This document shows, one piece after another, positions 46,767 to 56,900 of a stretch of DNA of 64,000 nt. The notes beneath the pieces were generated by a model. It saw only the letters and a program-made list of their open reading frames with translations. It did not search any database and was not told the DNA's origin. The position numbers were made by a program, and so were the translations under genes. This stretch comes from Alphaproteobacteria bacterium. GTDB taxonomy: Bacteria; Pseudomonadota; Alphaproteobacteria; GCA-2731375. Each line of letters starts with the position of its first letter. Position 1 is the first letter of the stretch. The stretch covers positions 1,248,001-1,312,000 of the forward strand of contig CBDDPY010000002.1 of the NCBI GenBank assembly GCA_965232515.1, written 5' to 3'.

Positions 46767-47279
46767 CTATTGCTGGGTTTCGCGGAACCCGGTCAGGCCG
46801 GCACGGATCGGTTCCCATTCGGTGGCGCGCCGTTGCGCCTCCTGGATTTCGTCCGGCCGCATCAGCGCCGCGGCCTCGCCGCGCAACAGCAGCGCCTGCT
46901 GACCGAGCGCCGGCTGGCCGTTGTTGGCGGCGACAGTCAGCCACTTATAGGCTTCGATCAAATCCTGACGGACACCGATGCCGCGGACGTGCAGCGAGCC
47001 GAACGCCAATTGCGCATGCGGATTGCCCTTGATCGCCGCCTTGTGGAACCAGATCGCGGCCAGCGCATCGTTGCGCGGCACGCCCTTGCCGTAGAAATAG
47101 ATGGCGCCGAGCATGAACTCGGCCCCGGCATGGCCCTTTTCCGCGAGCGTGCGGAAGGCCTTGTTGGCCTCGTCGAACCGGCCCTGGTCGTAGGCGAGCA
47201 CGCCCGTTTCATAGTCGGCGGCGGCAGGCGATGCGGCCAGCAGGCAGATGGAAACAGCCAGCAGCAGACGCTTGATCAT
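46767..47279 (-). CDS. Secreted Sel1-repeat protein
   Basis: Signal peptide; AEFMLG.IYFYGKGV and AQLAFG.LHVRGIGV repeats. Confidence 0.88.
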   Translation of the reverse strand: MIKRLLLAVSICLLAASPAAADYETGVLAYDQGRFDEANKAFRTLAEKGHAGAEFMLGAIYFYGKGVPRNDALAAIWFHKAAIKGNPHAQLAFGSLHVRGIGVRQDLIEAYKWLTVAANNGQPALGQQALLLRGEAAALMRPDEIQEAQRRATEWEPIRAGLTGFRETQQ

Positions 47280-47360
47280 GACGTTTGGGTTTGCCCTCTA
47301 GCGGTATTCTAGCGTGGGCCGCTCCCTTCCGGCCCACATTGGGCAAGAATACCTGAAGGT

Positions 47361-47861
47361 TCAGCGCTTGTCCCGCGCCGCAAGGGCCGCATTTTCGACG
47401 CGGATGCGATGCCACAGCAGGGCGGCGTTCAAGGCGCTGAACACAAACGCGATTTGCCAGGCGCCGAAGGCCAGCGGCAGCACGGCGATCTCGGCCACGA
47501 CGACCACGTAGTTGGGGTGGCGGAACCAGCGATAGGGGCCGGTCCGCACCAGCGGCGCGTCGGGGACGGTGATGATTCGCGTCGTCCAGTAGGGGCCGAG
47601 GCTGGCGACCACCCAGACACGGCCCGCCTGGAGGACGAGATAGATGGCGAGCAGGGGCCAGCTGACCGGGGCGGCCGGATCGACAAGCACGGCGAGCGCC
47701 AGCAGCCAGCCGCCATGCAGCAGGACAAAAAGCGGATAGTGGCGGGCGCCGATCTCGACGCCGCCGCGCGCCCGCAGACCGGCCTCATTGCGCCGCGCGT
47801 AAACCAGTTCGGCCAGGCGCTGCAGTGCTACCAATGCGACGACGACATAGAGAACGGACAT
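47361..47861 (-). CDS. Isoprenylcysteine carboxyl methyltransferase family protein (BpsB/SrsB-like)
   Basis: QRLAEL, LGPYWTTRI, GPYRWFRHPNY, RIRVEN. Confidence 0.9.
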   Translation of the reverse strand: MSVLYVVVALVALQRLAELVYARRNEAGLRARGGVEIGARHYPLFVLLHGGWLLALAVLVDPAAPVSWPLLAIYLVLQAGRVWVVASLGPYWTTRIITVPDAPLVRTGPYRWFRHPNYVVVVAEIAVLPLAFGAWQIAFVFSALNAALLWHRIRVENAALAARDKR

Positions 47862-47871
47862 AGGCGGCGGA

Positions 47872-48921
47872 TCAGTCCGCTTCCAAAGTGGCGAAGCCGG
47901 CGGTGAAGCCCGGCCCCAGCGCCGACAGCAGGCAGCGCTGCCCCGCCGGCAGCGGCGCGTCGGCCTGCGCCGCGGACAGCGCGAACATCACGGTCACGGC
48001 CGACATGTTGCCGTAGTCGCGCAGCGTGTCGCGCGAATAGGTCATCTCGCCGCGCTCAAGGCCGAAGACGTCTTCCAGCGCATCGACCACCTTGGCGCCG
48101 CCCGGATGGCTGACGAAACGGTCGATGTCGCCGAAGTCGAGGCCGCGCCGGCCGAGATAGTCGAGCGCGACGTCGCGCATGCGGGTGCCGACCAGGGTCG
48201 GAATGTCGCGCGAGAACAGCACCGCCAGGCCGTCGTCGCGCACGTTCCAGCCCATGACCTGGAGCGAGTCCTCCCAGGTATGCTCGCCCCAGTCGGCAAT
48301 GCGCGGCCCGTCGCCGTCACAGGCGACGACGCCGCCGGCGGCGCCATCGCCGAACAGGGCCGTGGCGATGACGTTGCTCTTGCTGCGATCGGCATATCGG
48401 AAAGTCAGGCCGCAGAGCTCGACCACCAGGAACAGGATGCGGCTGTCGGGCGCCGCCCGGGACAGCGCCGCCGCGCGGCCCAGGCCGAGCACGCCACCGG
48501 CACAGCCGAGACCGAAAATCGGCAAGCGTTCGATATCGCGCCGCAGGCCGAGCCGGTCCATCAGCTGCGCATCCAGGCTGGGCGTGGCGATGCCGGAGCT
48601 CGACACCGTAACGATGCTGTCGATCTGGCGCATCGACAGCCCCGCACCGGCGACGGCATCGCGCGCGACGCGTTCCAGCAGCGCGAGCGCATTTTCGACA
48701 TAGAGCCGGTTGCGCTCGGCGAAGCCGTGCGGCGCCAGGTACCAGTCGATCGGCACGCAGGAATAGCGGGTGTCGATGGCGGCGTTGGCGTAGACCGGCG
48801 CCAGACGGCTGAAATCGGCGAAGTCAGCCGCGAACAGCTTGGACGCCTTGGCGGCGACCTCATCCTGGTGCAGCACATGTGGCGGCACGGCCGTGGCAAT
48901 CGAGAGCAGGCGCGGGGTCAA
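47872..48921 (-). CDS. Type III polyketide synthase (BpsA/SrsA-like)
   Basis: Catalytic GLGCAGG, SHPGG, YGNMS; ALFGDG; GPGF; TTG start with RBS GGAGG. Confidence 0.92.
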   Translation of the reverse strand: MTPRLLSIATAVPPHVLHQDEVAAKASKLFAADFADFSRLAPVYANAAIDTRYSCVPIDWYLAPHGFAERNRLYVENALALLERVARDAVAGAGLSMRQIDSIVTVSSSGIATPSLDAQLMDRLGLRRDIERLPIFGLGCAGGVLGLGRAAALSRAAPDSRILFLVVELCGLTFRYADRSKSNVIATALFGDGAAGGVVACDGDGPRIADWGEHTWEDSLQVMGWNVRDDGLAVLFSRDIPTLVGTRMRDVALDYLGRRGLDFGDIDRFVSHPGGAKVVDALEDVFGLERGEMTYSRDTLRDYGNMSAVTVMFALSAAQADAPLPAGQRCLLSALGPGFTAGFATLEAD

Positions 48922-49268
48922 TCGATTGGACCTCCGTTCGGAGCGAAAATGAACGCAACGCGGGTTGTTTTCACCTCTGATAGATAGGGCGCCGTGCGGT
49001 CACGACCCAATCAAGCCTCAGCGATAGACGGCGACCGTCCCGGCGTCGACCAATCCTGCCGTTTACGCCATCTGGTCCAATTTCAGCCCTCAAGGCCGAC
49101 CATGGACGTTAATGAAAGCTGCAAATATTCGTGATAGATGCCTTTTGGCAGGTAATTGCCCGCGGCGTCGACCGGGCGGCAGCGGAACCTTTCGGGGGCT
49201 GGACGAGGCATCACTTCCGTCTTATGTGACAGCTATCATCCGGCAACGGCCGGCTTTATGGTGGATAT

Positions 49269-50033
49269 ATGACGCAGAACGCGACCGATCCGGAAAACAC
49301 GTCCGGCGGGAACGAGCCGCCGCAGATCATTCTGCCGGCCAAGACCAGTCTTCTGGCGCGCCTGCGCACCTATTTCCTGACCGGCATCGTCATTACGGCG
49401 CCGATCAGCATCACGATCTATCTGGCCTGGCTGTTCATCGATTTCGTCGACCAGCAGGTTACGCCGATCATTCCGGCGCAATACAACCCCGAGACCTATC
49501 TGCCGTTCAGCCTGCCAGGCCTTGGCTTGGTCGTGATGTTCGTGTTTCTGACCTTCATCGGCTTCATTACGGCGAATATCTTCGGCCGCACGCTGGTGCA
49601 TTTCGGCGAACGGCTGGTCAACCGGATGCCGGTGATCCGCAGCATCTACGGCGCCCTGAAGCAGATCCTGGAAACGGTGCTGCGGTCGTCGTCGGAGTCG
49701 TTCCGGCAGGTCGTGCTGATCGAGTATCCGCGCAGGGGCATCTGGGTGCTGGCCTTCGTTTCGGGCCGGACCGAGGGCGAGGTAAGGCGGCTCGGCGGCG
49801 AGGAAATGCTGAACGTGTTCGTGCCGACCACACCGAACCCGACCTCGGGCTTTCTGCTGTTCGTGCCGAAGAAGGACGCGATCGTTATGGAAATGACGGT
49901 CGAGGAGGCGGCGAAACTGATCATCTCGGCCGGCGTGATCTCGCCGCCCGATCCGAAGGCCGGTCCCCAGCCGGTCGAGATCGAACCGCCGGACGAACCG
50001 GCACCATTGCCGGAAAAGCAGCCGGCGGAGTAG
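49269..50033 (+). CDS. DUF502 domain membrane protein
   Basis: YFLTG, VLIEYPR, VFVPTTPNPTSGFL. Confidence 0.92.
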   Translation: MTQNATDPENTSGGNEPPQIILPAKTSLLARLRTYFLTGIVITAPISITIYLAWLFIDFVDQQVTPIIPAQYNPETYLPFSLPGLGLVVMFVFLTFIGFITANIFGRTLVHFGERLVNRMPVIRSIYGALKQILETVLRSSSESFRQVVLIEYPRRGIWVLAFVSGRTEGEVRRLGGEEMLNVFVPTTPNPTSGFLLFVPKKDAIVMEMTVEEAAKLIISAGVISPPDPKAGPQPVEIEPPDEPAPLPEKQPAE

Positions 50034-50104
50034 GCCGCTGGCGGCTACTGAGCGACAAAGAAACAGCCTTCGTCGGCGGAGTTCCTGGATTGCCGGGTCA
50101 AGCC

Positions 50105-51366
50105 CACTGTTGTCCGGTTTAGCCATGGGTGAAGTTGATTTTGAGCTGGCCATTGGATTTGGGCTTGTCGGGCGGTGGGTCGAAGAGGTGGGCGAGCGGC
50201 CTGCGCTGGAAGCTCGTCTTGGCGACCAGTCGGGCGATGGCTTGGAGCCCAAGGCTGGTGCCGGTTCTGATCTGGGCCAGACGCAGCAGCAGATAAGCGA
50301 TCAGCGCGGTGAGGATCTGGATGCGCACGGCATTCTCGTTGCTGCCCAGGAAGTGCCGGATCTTCAGGTTCTGCTTGATCCACTTGAAGAACAGCTCGAT
50401 CTGCCAGCGTTGTTTGTAAAGCGTGGCGATCTCGCTGGCCGGCGCCGTCAGATCGTTGCTGACGAGCGTGATCTCGCGGCCGCTGTCGATCACCACGCGG
50501 ACCAGCCGGACCGGCTTGTCGAACGGGTTCCGGCGGTTGCGCGCCAGCCGTTCGGACAATCGCACGACCTGATCAGCCCGCACCGGCCCCTCGGCCGCCA
50601 GCGGCCGGGTCTCGATCAGCCGCACCGGCGAATTGCGCTTTAGCCGGGTGACGAACCGGCAACCGCGAGCATCGAGCGCGGCCCAGAAGCCGAAGTCGTA
50701 GTAGCCCTTGTCGAACACATAGGTGGCGCCGGCCTCAAGCGGGAAGCGCTTGGCCGGCGTGATGTCGTTGACCTGGGCCGAGGTCACGGCAAAACACACC
50801 GGCCCCGCTACCTGCGGGTCGTAGACCACGTGCAGCTTCACACAGCCATCGGCCTGCCAGCTGCTGATCCGCTTGCCGACCACGACCCGGGTCGCATCGA
50901 TCAACCGCAGCATCTCCCGGCGGCAACGCCCCGACACCTGCTGGTCCAACTGCGCCACCAGCGCCTGCAACACAGCCTCGAACAACGCCACAGGCCGCTG
51001 CCGATTGGCATCCGACAAGGTCGACCGCCGCACCGGCTTCAGACCCAGATGTGCATGACTGCCCGGAAACCGCTCCATCGCGCCGACCACCTCGCGCAGA
51101 GACTGCGACCCCGACAGCTGCGCAAACACCATGCTCAGAAACTGCGTCCAGCAGGGCAGACGCCGTACCCGGTGGTCGGCTCCGTGAGCGGTGACAAACT
51201 TTTCAAACCGCCAGCGCGGAAAGGCCTTCATCAAGCCGCCGAAAACCGTATCCTGATAGCGCATGGCTTGGGCTCCTCACCGAGCTTCAATTCAACCGAT
51301 CGTTCCCAAAATCAGTTGAATCCAAGCCATGCAGCCTGTCCACAAATTCTAAACCGGACAACAGTG
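50105..51366 (-). mobile_element. IS4-family insertion sequence, 1262 bp, inserted in a REP
   Basis: Perfect 18-bp IRs CACTGTTGTCCGGTTTAG (50105-50122 and 51349-51366); 9-bp target duplication GGTCAAGCC (50096-50104, 51367-51375). Confidence 0.95.
50119..51264 (-). CDS. IS4 family transposase
   Basis: RSTLSDAN, LIDAT, VFDKGY, YKQRWQIELFFKWIKQ (YREK motif); intact ORF. Confidence 0.95.
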   Translation of the reverse strand: MRYQDTVFGGLMKAFPRWRFEKFVTAHGADHRVRRLPCWTQFLSMVFAQLSGSQSLREVVGAMERFPGSHAHLGLKPVRRSTLSDANRQRPVALFEAVLQALVAQLDQQVSGRCRREMLRLIDATRVVVGKRISSWQADGCVKLHVVYDPQVAGPVCFAVTSAQVNDITPAKRFPLEAGATYVFDKGYYDFGFWAALDARGCRFVTRLKRNSPVRLIETRPLAAEGPVRADQVVRLSERLARNRRNPFDKPVRLVRVVIDSGREITLVSNDLTAPASEIATLYKQRWQIELFFKWIKQNLKIRHFLGSNENAVRIQILTALIAYLLLRLAQIRTGTSLGLQAIARLVAKTSFQRRPLAHLFDPPPDKPKSNGQLKINFTHG

Positions 51367-51413
51367 GGTCAAGCCCGGCAATGACGCGTAGTTTGGGTTT
51401 TCTTTGCGCTTTC

Positions 51414-51444
51414 CGTCATGCCCGGACTTGATCCGGGCATCCAG
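51414..51444. repeat. REP palindrome, partner of the IS-interrupted REP
   Basis: CGTCATGCCCGGACTTGATCCGGGCATCCAG. Confidence 0.85.
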
Positions 51445-51464
51445 AGATACAGACGCCTTCAGCG

Positions 51465-53546
51465 TCACCCAGACCGCAGATATTTGACGGCGGCGTCGCG
51501 TTCGAAGAGGTAGAGCAGAACGCGGAGCGCCTGGCCGCGCGGGCCCTGCAGATCCGGGTCGGTTTCGAGCACCAGCCGGCAGTCGTCGTGGGCCACCTGC
51601 ATGAGGTCGCGATGGGCGTCGAGATCGGCGAGGCGGAAGGACGGCAGGCCGCTCTGGCGGGTGCCGAGCACTTCGCCGGCACCGCGCAGGCGCATATCTT
51701 CCTCGGCGATGACGAAGCCGTCGTCGGTCTCGCGCATGGTGCGGATGCGCGCCCGCGCCGTCTCGGTCAATGGGTCCGTGTAGAGCAGGAGGCAGGTGCC
51801 GGGCCGGCCGCCACGGCCGACGCGGCCGCGCAACTGGTGCAACTGCGCGAGGCCGAAGCGCTCGGCGTGCTCGATCACCATGACGGTGGCTTCGGGAACG
51901 TCGACGCCGACCTCGACGACCGTGGTGGCGACCAGAATGCGGATGTCGCCGGCGGTAAAGGCGTCCATGACCGCGTCCTTTTCCGGCCCTTTCATGCGGC
52001 CGTGCACCAGGCCCACGATCTCACCGAAGACCTGACGAAGGGCGGCGTAGCGGTCCTCGGCGGCGGCGAGGTCGAGGGTGTCGGATTCCTCGACCAGCGG
52101 ACAGACCCAGTAGACGCGGGCGCCGTCGGCCAGCACCCGGCGCAGGCCCTCGACGATTTCGCCCAGCCGCGACAGCGGCATGGAGCGCGTGTCGACGGGC
52201 GCGCGGCCCGGCGGTTTCTCGTCCAACTTCGAGACGTCCATGTCGCCATAGGCCGTCAGCGTCAGCGTGCGCGGGATCGGCGTCGCGGTCATGACCAGCA
52301 CGTCGACAGCCTTGCCCTTGGCGCCGAGCAGCAGGCGCTGGTGCACGCCGAAGCGGTGCTGCTCGTCGATCACGACCATCGCCAGGTCGCGGAATTCGAC
52401 GGCCTCCTGGAACAGCGCATGGGTGCCGACGGCGATCGCGGCCTCGCCATTGGCGATGCGCGCCAGCACTTCCTCGCGCGCCTTGCCCTTCAACCGGCCG
52501 GTCAGCAGCACGATTTCGACGCCGGCGGCGGCGCAGAGCGGCGTCAAGGTCTCGAGATGCTGCCTTGCCAGGATCTCGGTCGGCGCCATCAGGGCGGCCT
52601 GGGCACCGCCTTCGACCGCTATCAGCATGGCCATCAACGCGACCACGGTCTTGCCGCTGCCGACGTCGCCCTGCAAGAGCCGCAGCATGCGCGACGAACC
52701 CGCCATATCGGCCGAAATCTCGGCAAGCGTCCGGGTTTGCGCCGAGGTCAGCGCGTAGGGCAGGGCGGCCGCGACCTTGGCGCGCAGCCGGCCGTCGCCC
52801 TCGATCCTGCGGCCGGCGAGCCGTCGCATCTGCGCCCGCACCAGGGCCAGCGCCAACTGGTTCGCCAGCAGCTCGTCATAGGCCAGGCGCTGCCGCGCGG
52901 CATGGGTCGGCTCCAGATCGGTCTCCGTCTCCGGCGCGTGCGCCCGCCGCAATGCCGTACGCCAGTCGGCCCAGTCCTGCCGCTGCCGCCAGGCCGGGTC
53001 CTGCCACTCCGGCAGTTCGGGCAGCTCGGCCAGCGCGGCCGTGACGGCGCGCGTCAGCGGCTTCGGCGTCAGGCCCTCGGTCAGGCGGTAGACCGGCTCG
53101 ACCAGGGGCAGGCTGGCGAATTCCTCGACCGGCACCACATGGTCGGGGTGCGGCATTTGCGGCCGGTCGTTGAAATAGGCCATGCGGCCACTGACCACCC
53201 GCGTCGCGCCGATGGGCAGCAGCTCGTTGAGGTAGTCCGCCCGGGCATGGAAGAACACAAGCGTCAGCGTGCCGCTGTCGTCGAAACACTCGACCCGGTA
53301 GGGCACGCGGCGGTTCGGCGGCGGCTGGTGCCGGTCGACCCGCACGGTGAGGGTGACCATGGCGCCGTCGGGCGCATTCGCAACCGACGGGCGGAAGCGG
53401 CGGTCGACGATACCGACCGGAAGGTGCCAACAGAGATCGATCAGCCGGGGACCGGCCACCTTTTCGATCAGCTTAGCGATGCGCGGCCCGACACCCTTCA
53501 GCGTCGTGGTCTGGCGGAACAGCGGCGAGAGAATATCGGGGCGCAT
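51465..53546 (-). CDS. recG: ATP-dependent DNA helicase RecG
   Basis: QGDVGSGKT, DEQHRFG, TATPIPR, QLRGRVGR, wedge domain. Confidence 0.97.
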   Translation of the reverse strand: MRPDILSPLFRQTTTLKGVGPRIAKLIEKVAGPRLIDLCWHLPVGIVDRRFRPSVANAPDGAMVTLTVRVDRHQPPPNRRVPYRVECFDDSGTLTLVFFHARADYLNELLPIGATRVVSGRMAYFNDRPQMPHPDHVVPVEEFASLPLVEPVYRLTEGLTPKPLTRAVTAALAELPELPEWQDPAWRQRQDWADWRTALRRAHAPETETDLEPTHAARQRLAYDELLANQLALALVRAQMRRLAGRRIEGDGRLRAKVAAALPYALTSAQTRTLAEISADMAGSSRMLRLLQGDVGSGKTVVALMAMLIAVEGGAQAALMAPTEILARQHLETLTPLCAAAGVEIVLLTGRLKGKAREEVLARIANGEAAIAVGTHALFQEAVEFRDLAMVVIDEQHRFGVHQRLLLGAKGKAVDVLVMTATPIPRTLTLTAYGDMDVSKLDEKPPGRAPVDTRSMPLSRLGEIVEGLRRVLADGARVYWVCPLVEESDTLDLAAAEDRYAALRQVFGEIVGLVHGRMKGPEKDAVMDAFTAGDIRILVATTVVEVGVDVPEATVMVIEHAERFGLAQLHQLRGRVGRGGRPGTCLLLYTDPLTETARARIRTMRETDDGFVIAEEDMRLRGAGEVLGTRQSGLPSFRLADLDAHRDLMQVAHDDCRLVLETDPDLQGPRGQALRVLLYLFERDAAVKYLRSG

Positions 53547-53646
53547 GGCCGTACCGTAGCGGTGTCAAATCGTCTTTGCACCATGCCCGAGGCTGACAGG
53601 CCGGGGGCCGCGGGTTATATGCTGTCGCAGCAAGGGAACTTACCGC

Positions 53647-53919
53647 ATGAACGACGATTCCGAGATCCGGCGCAAGCGCCTGAGATACCGTAGCTGGCAC
53701 CGGGGCACCAAGGAGCTCGACATGTTTTTCGGCGCCTTTGCCGACAAGCATCTCGACGAGCTCACCGACGCGCAGGTCGACCGCTACGAGGCCATCATCG
53801 AGCAGGACGAGCATGCCATTTACGGCTGGCTGGTGCGCCGGCAGCCGGTGCCGCCGGAGCTGGACAACGACGTCATGCGGATGATCCTGAACTTCAAGTT
53901 CGAACCGACGGGAAGTTGA
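53647..53919 (+). CDS. sdhE: Succinate dehydrogenase assembly factor 2 (SdhE)
   Basis: RYRSWHRGTKELD motif; located between recG and mfd. Confidence 0.92.
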   Translation: MNDDSEIRRKRLRYRSWHRGTKELDMFFGAFADKHLDELTDAQVDRYEAIIEQDEHAIYGWLVRRQPVPPELDNDVMRMILNFKFEPTGS

Positions 53920-56900
53920 CGGACATCGACCGCATATTGGCCGGCGCCGGGCGGGTCACGGTCGCGGGCGCGCCGGAGGGGCTCGACGGGCGGATCATCG
54001 CGCGGCTGGCGGCGGATGCGGCCGGCGGCATGCTGCACATCGCGCGCGACGATGCGCGAATGGCGGCGTTGGCGCAGTCCATTGGCTTTTTCGCGCCCGA
54101 TCTCGAGGTTCTGCGCCTGCCGGCCTGGGACTGCCTGCCGTACGACCGCGTGTCGCCGAACGGCGAGGTGTCGGCGCAGCGCATGGACGCGTTGGCGCGC
54201 CTCGCCGCGCGGGCCGAAACCGGTGCGACGGCGCCGTTCGTGCTGCTGACGACGGTCAACGCCGCAGTGCAGCGGGTGCCGGCGCGCGACTTGCTACGCG
54301 ACGCGACCCTGCGGACGCGGGTGGGCGAGACGCTCGACCTCGACGTGCTGCTGAACTTCCTGGTGCGCAACGGCTTCACGCGCACCGGCACGGTCATGGA
54401 GGCGGGCGAGTTCGCGACGCGCGGCGGTATCATCGACATCTTTCCACCGGGCGCGGAATCGCCGTTGCGGCTCGATTTCTTCGGCGACACGCTGGAGACG
54501 ATCCGGGTATTCGATCCGCTGACCCAGCGCACCATCGGCAAACAGAACAGCATCGATCTGGTGCCGGTGTCGGAGGTGCTGCTGACCGAGGAAACCATCA
54601 CGCGTTTCCGCAGCGGCTATCGGGCGTTGTTCGGCGCGGTGACCGACGACGATCCACTCTATACCGCCGTGTCCGAGGGCCGAAAGCATATCGGCATGGA
54701 GCACTGGCTGCCGCTCTACCACGAGCGTCTCGAGAGCGTGTTCGACTATCTGCCGGACGCGATGCTGAGCCAGGACCATCTGGTCGACGAGGCGCGCGAG
54801 GCCAGGCTGACGCAGATCCAGGAGCACTACGACGCCCGCGCCGAGGCGGCCGAGACCCGCAGCTACGGCCAGGCGCCGATCTACAAGCCGGTGCCGCCGG
54901 ACCGGCTCTATCTGCTGGACGAGGAATGGCGCACGACGACCGGCGGCCGGCGCATCGCCGCCTTCACGCCGTTCCAGGTGCCGCCCGGCGACAACGTGGC
55001 TGACGCCGGCGGCCGGCAGGGCCGCAAGTTCACGGCCGAGCGGGCGCAGGACGACGTCAATGTGTTCGACGCGCTGCGCGGCCATATCGAGGCGCAACGC
55101 AAGCAGGGGCGCCGCATCGTCGTCGCCGGCTACAGCACCGGTTCGGCCGACCGCCTGAGCCTGGTGCTGCAGGATCACGGTATCGACCGTCTGACGCCCG
55201 CCGCCGACGGACCGGCCGTCGAGGCCTTGCCGCCCGACGCGATCGGCCTGGTGGTGCTGCCGCTGGAAGACGGCTTCGAGACCGACGACCTGACGGTGAT
55301 CGGCGAGCAGGACATCCTGGGCGACCGGCTGGTCCGGGCCCAGCGCCGCAGCCGCCGCGCCGAGGACATGATCAGCGAGGTCGCCGAGTTGGCGACCGGC
55401 GACCTGGTGGTGCATGTCGAGCACGGCATCGGCCGCTACGAGGGCCTGCAAACGATCGACGTGGGCGGCGCGCCGCACGACTGCCTACACGTCACGTATG
55501 ACGGCGGCGACAAGCTCTACGTGCCGGTCGAGAATATCGAGGTGTTGTCGCGCTACGGTTCGGAGAACCTGAGCGTGCCGCTGGACCGGTTGGGCGGGGC
55601 CGGCTGGCAGGCGCGCAAGTCACGGCTGAAGCAGCGTATCCGGGATATCGCCGAGCAGTTGATCAAGGTGGCGGCTGCCCGCGAGCTGAAATCGGCGATC
55701 AAGATCCAGCCGCCGGACGGCATGTTCGACGAATTCTGCGCCCGCTTTCCCTATGAGGAGACCGAGGACCAGACCAACGCCATCGGCGATGTGTTCGCGG
55801 ACCTCGACCGCGGCCGGCCGATGGACCGGCTGGTCTGCGGCGACGTCGGCTTCGGCAAGACCGAGGTGGCGCTGCGCGCGGCTTTCGCGGCGGTGATGAC
55901 GGGCGGGCAGGTGGCGGTGGTGACGCCGACGACGCTGCTGTCGCGCCAGCACTACCAGACCTTCACGGACCGGTTCGCCGGCATGCCGGTCAAGGTGCGG
56001 CAACTGTCGCGCATGGTGCCGACGAAAGAAGCGAACGAGACCCGCGGCGGGCTCACGAGCGGCGACGTCGATATCGTCATCGGCACGCATGCACTGCTGG
56101 CCAAGTCTGTCAGCTTCAAGAGCCTGACCCTGCTGATCGTCGACGAGGAACAGCATTTCGGCGTCACGCACAAGGAGCGCCTGAAGCAGCTGAAGGCGAA
56201 CGTGCATGTGCTGACGCTGTCGGCGACGCCGATCCCGCGCACGCTGCAGCTCGCCATGAGCGGCGTCAAGGAGTTGAGCCTGATCGCGACGCCACCGGTC
56301 GACCGCCTTGCCGTGCGCACCTTCGTGCTGCCGTTCGACGAGGTGGTGGTGCGGGAGGCGGTGCTGCGGGAGCATTATCGCGGCGGCCAGACCTTCTATG
56401 TCTGCCCGCGCATCAGTGACCTGCCCGAGGCCGAGCAGTTCCTGCGCGAGCACGTGCCGGAAGTGAAATATGTGGTCGCGCACGGCCAGATGCCGCCGAC
56501 GCAGCTGGAAGACGTGATGAGCCGGTTCTACGACGGCGGCTACGATGTGCTGATCTCGACCACGATCATTGAATCCGGGCTGGATATTCCGTCGGCCAAC
56601 ACCATGGTCGTGCACCGCGCCGACATGTTCGGCCTGGCCCAGCTCTATCAGCTGCGGGGCCGCATCGGACGATCCAAGGTGCGGGCCTATGCCTATTTCA
56701 CGCTGCCGCCGCGCAAGACGCCGACGGCGAACGCCGAGAAGCGCCTCAAGGTGCTGCAGTCGCTGGACACGCTGGGCGCCGGGTTCAGCCTGGCGAGCCA
56801 CGATCTCGACATCCGCGGCGCCGGCAACCTGCTGGGCGAGGAGCAGTCCGGGCACATCCGCGAGGTCGGCCTGGAGCTCTATCAGCAGATGCTGGAAGAA

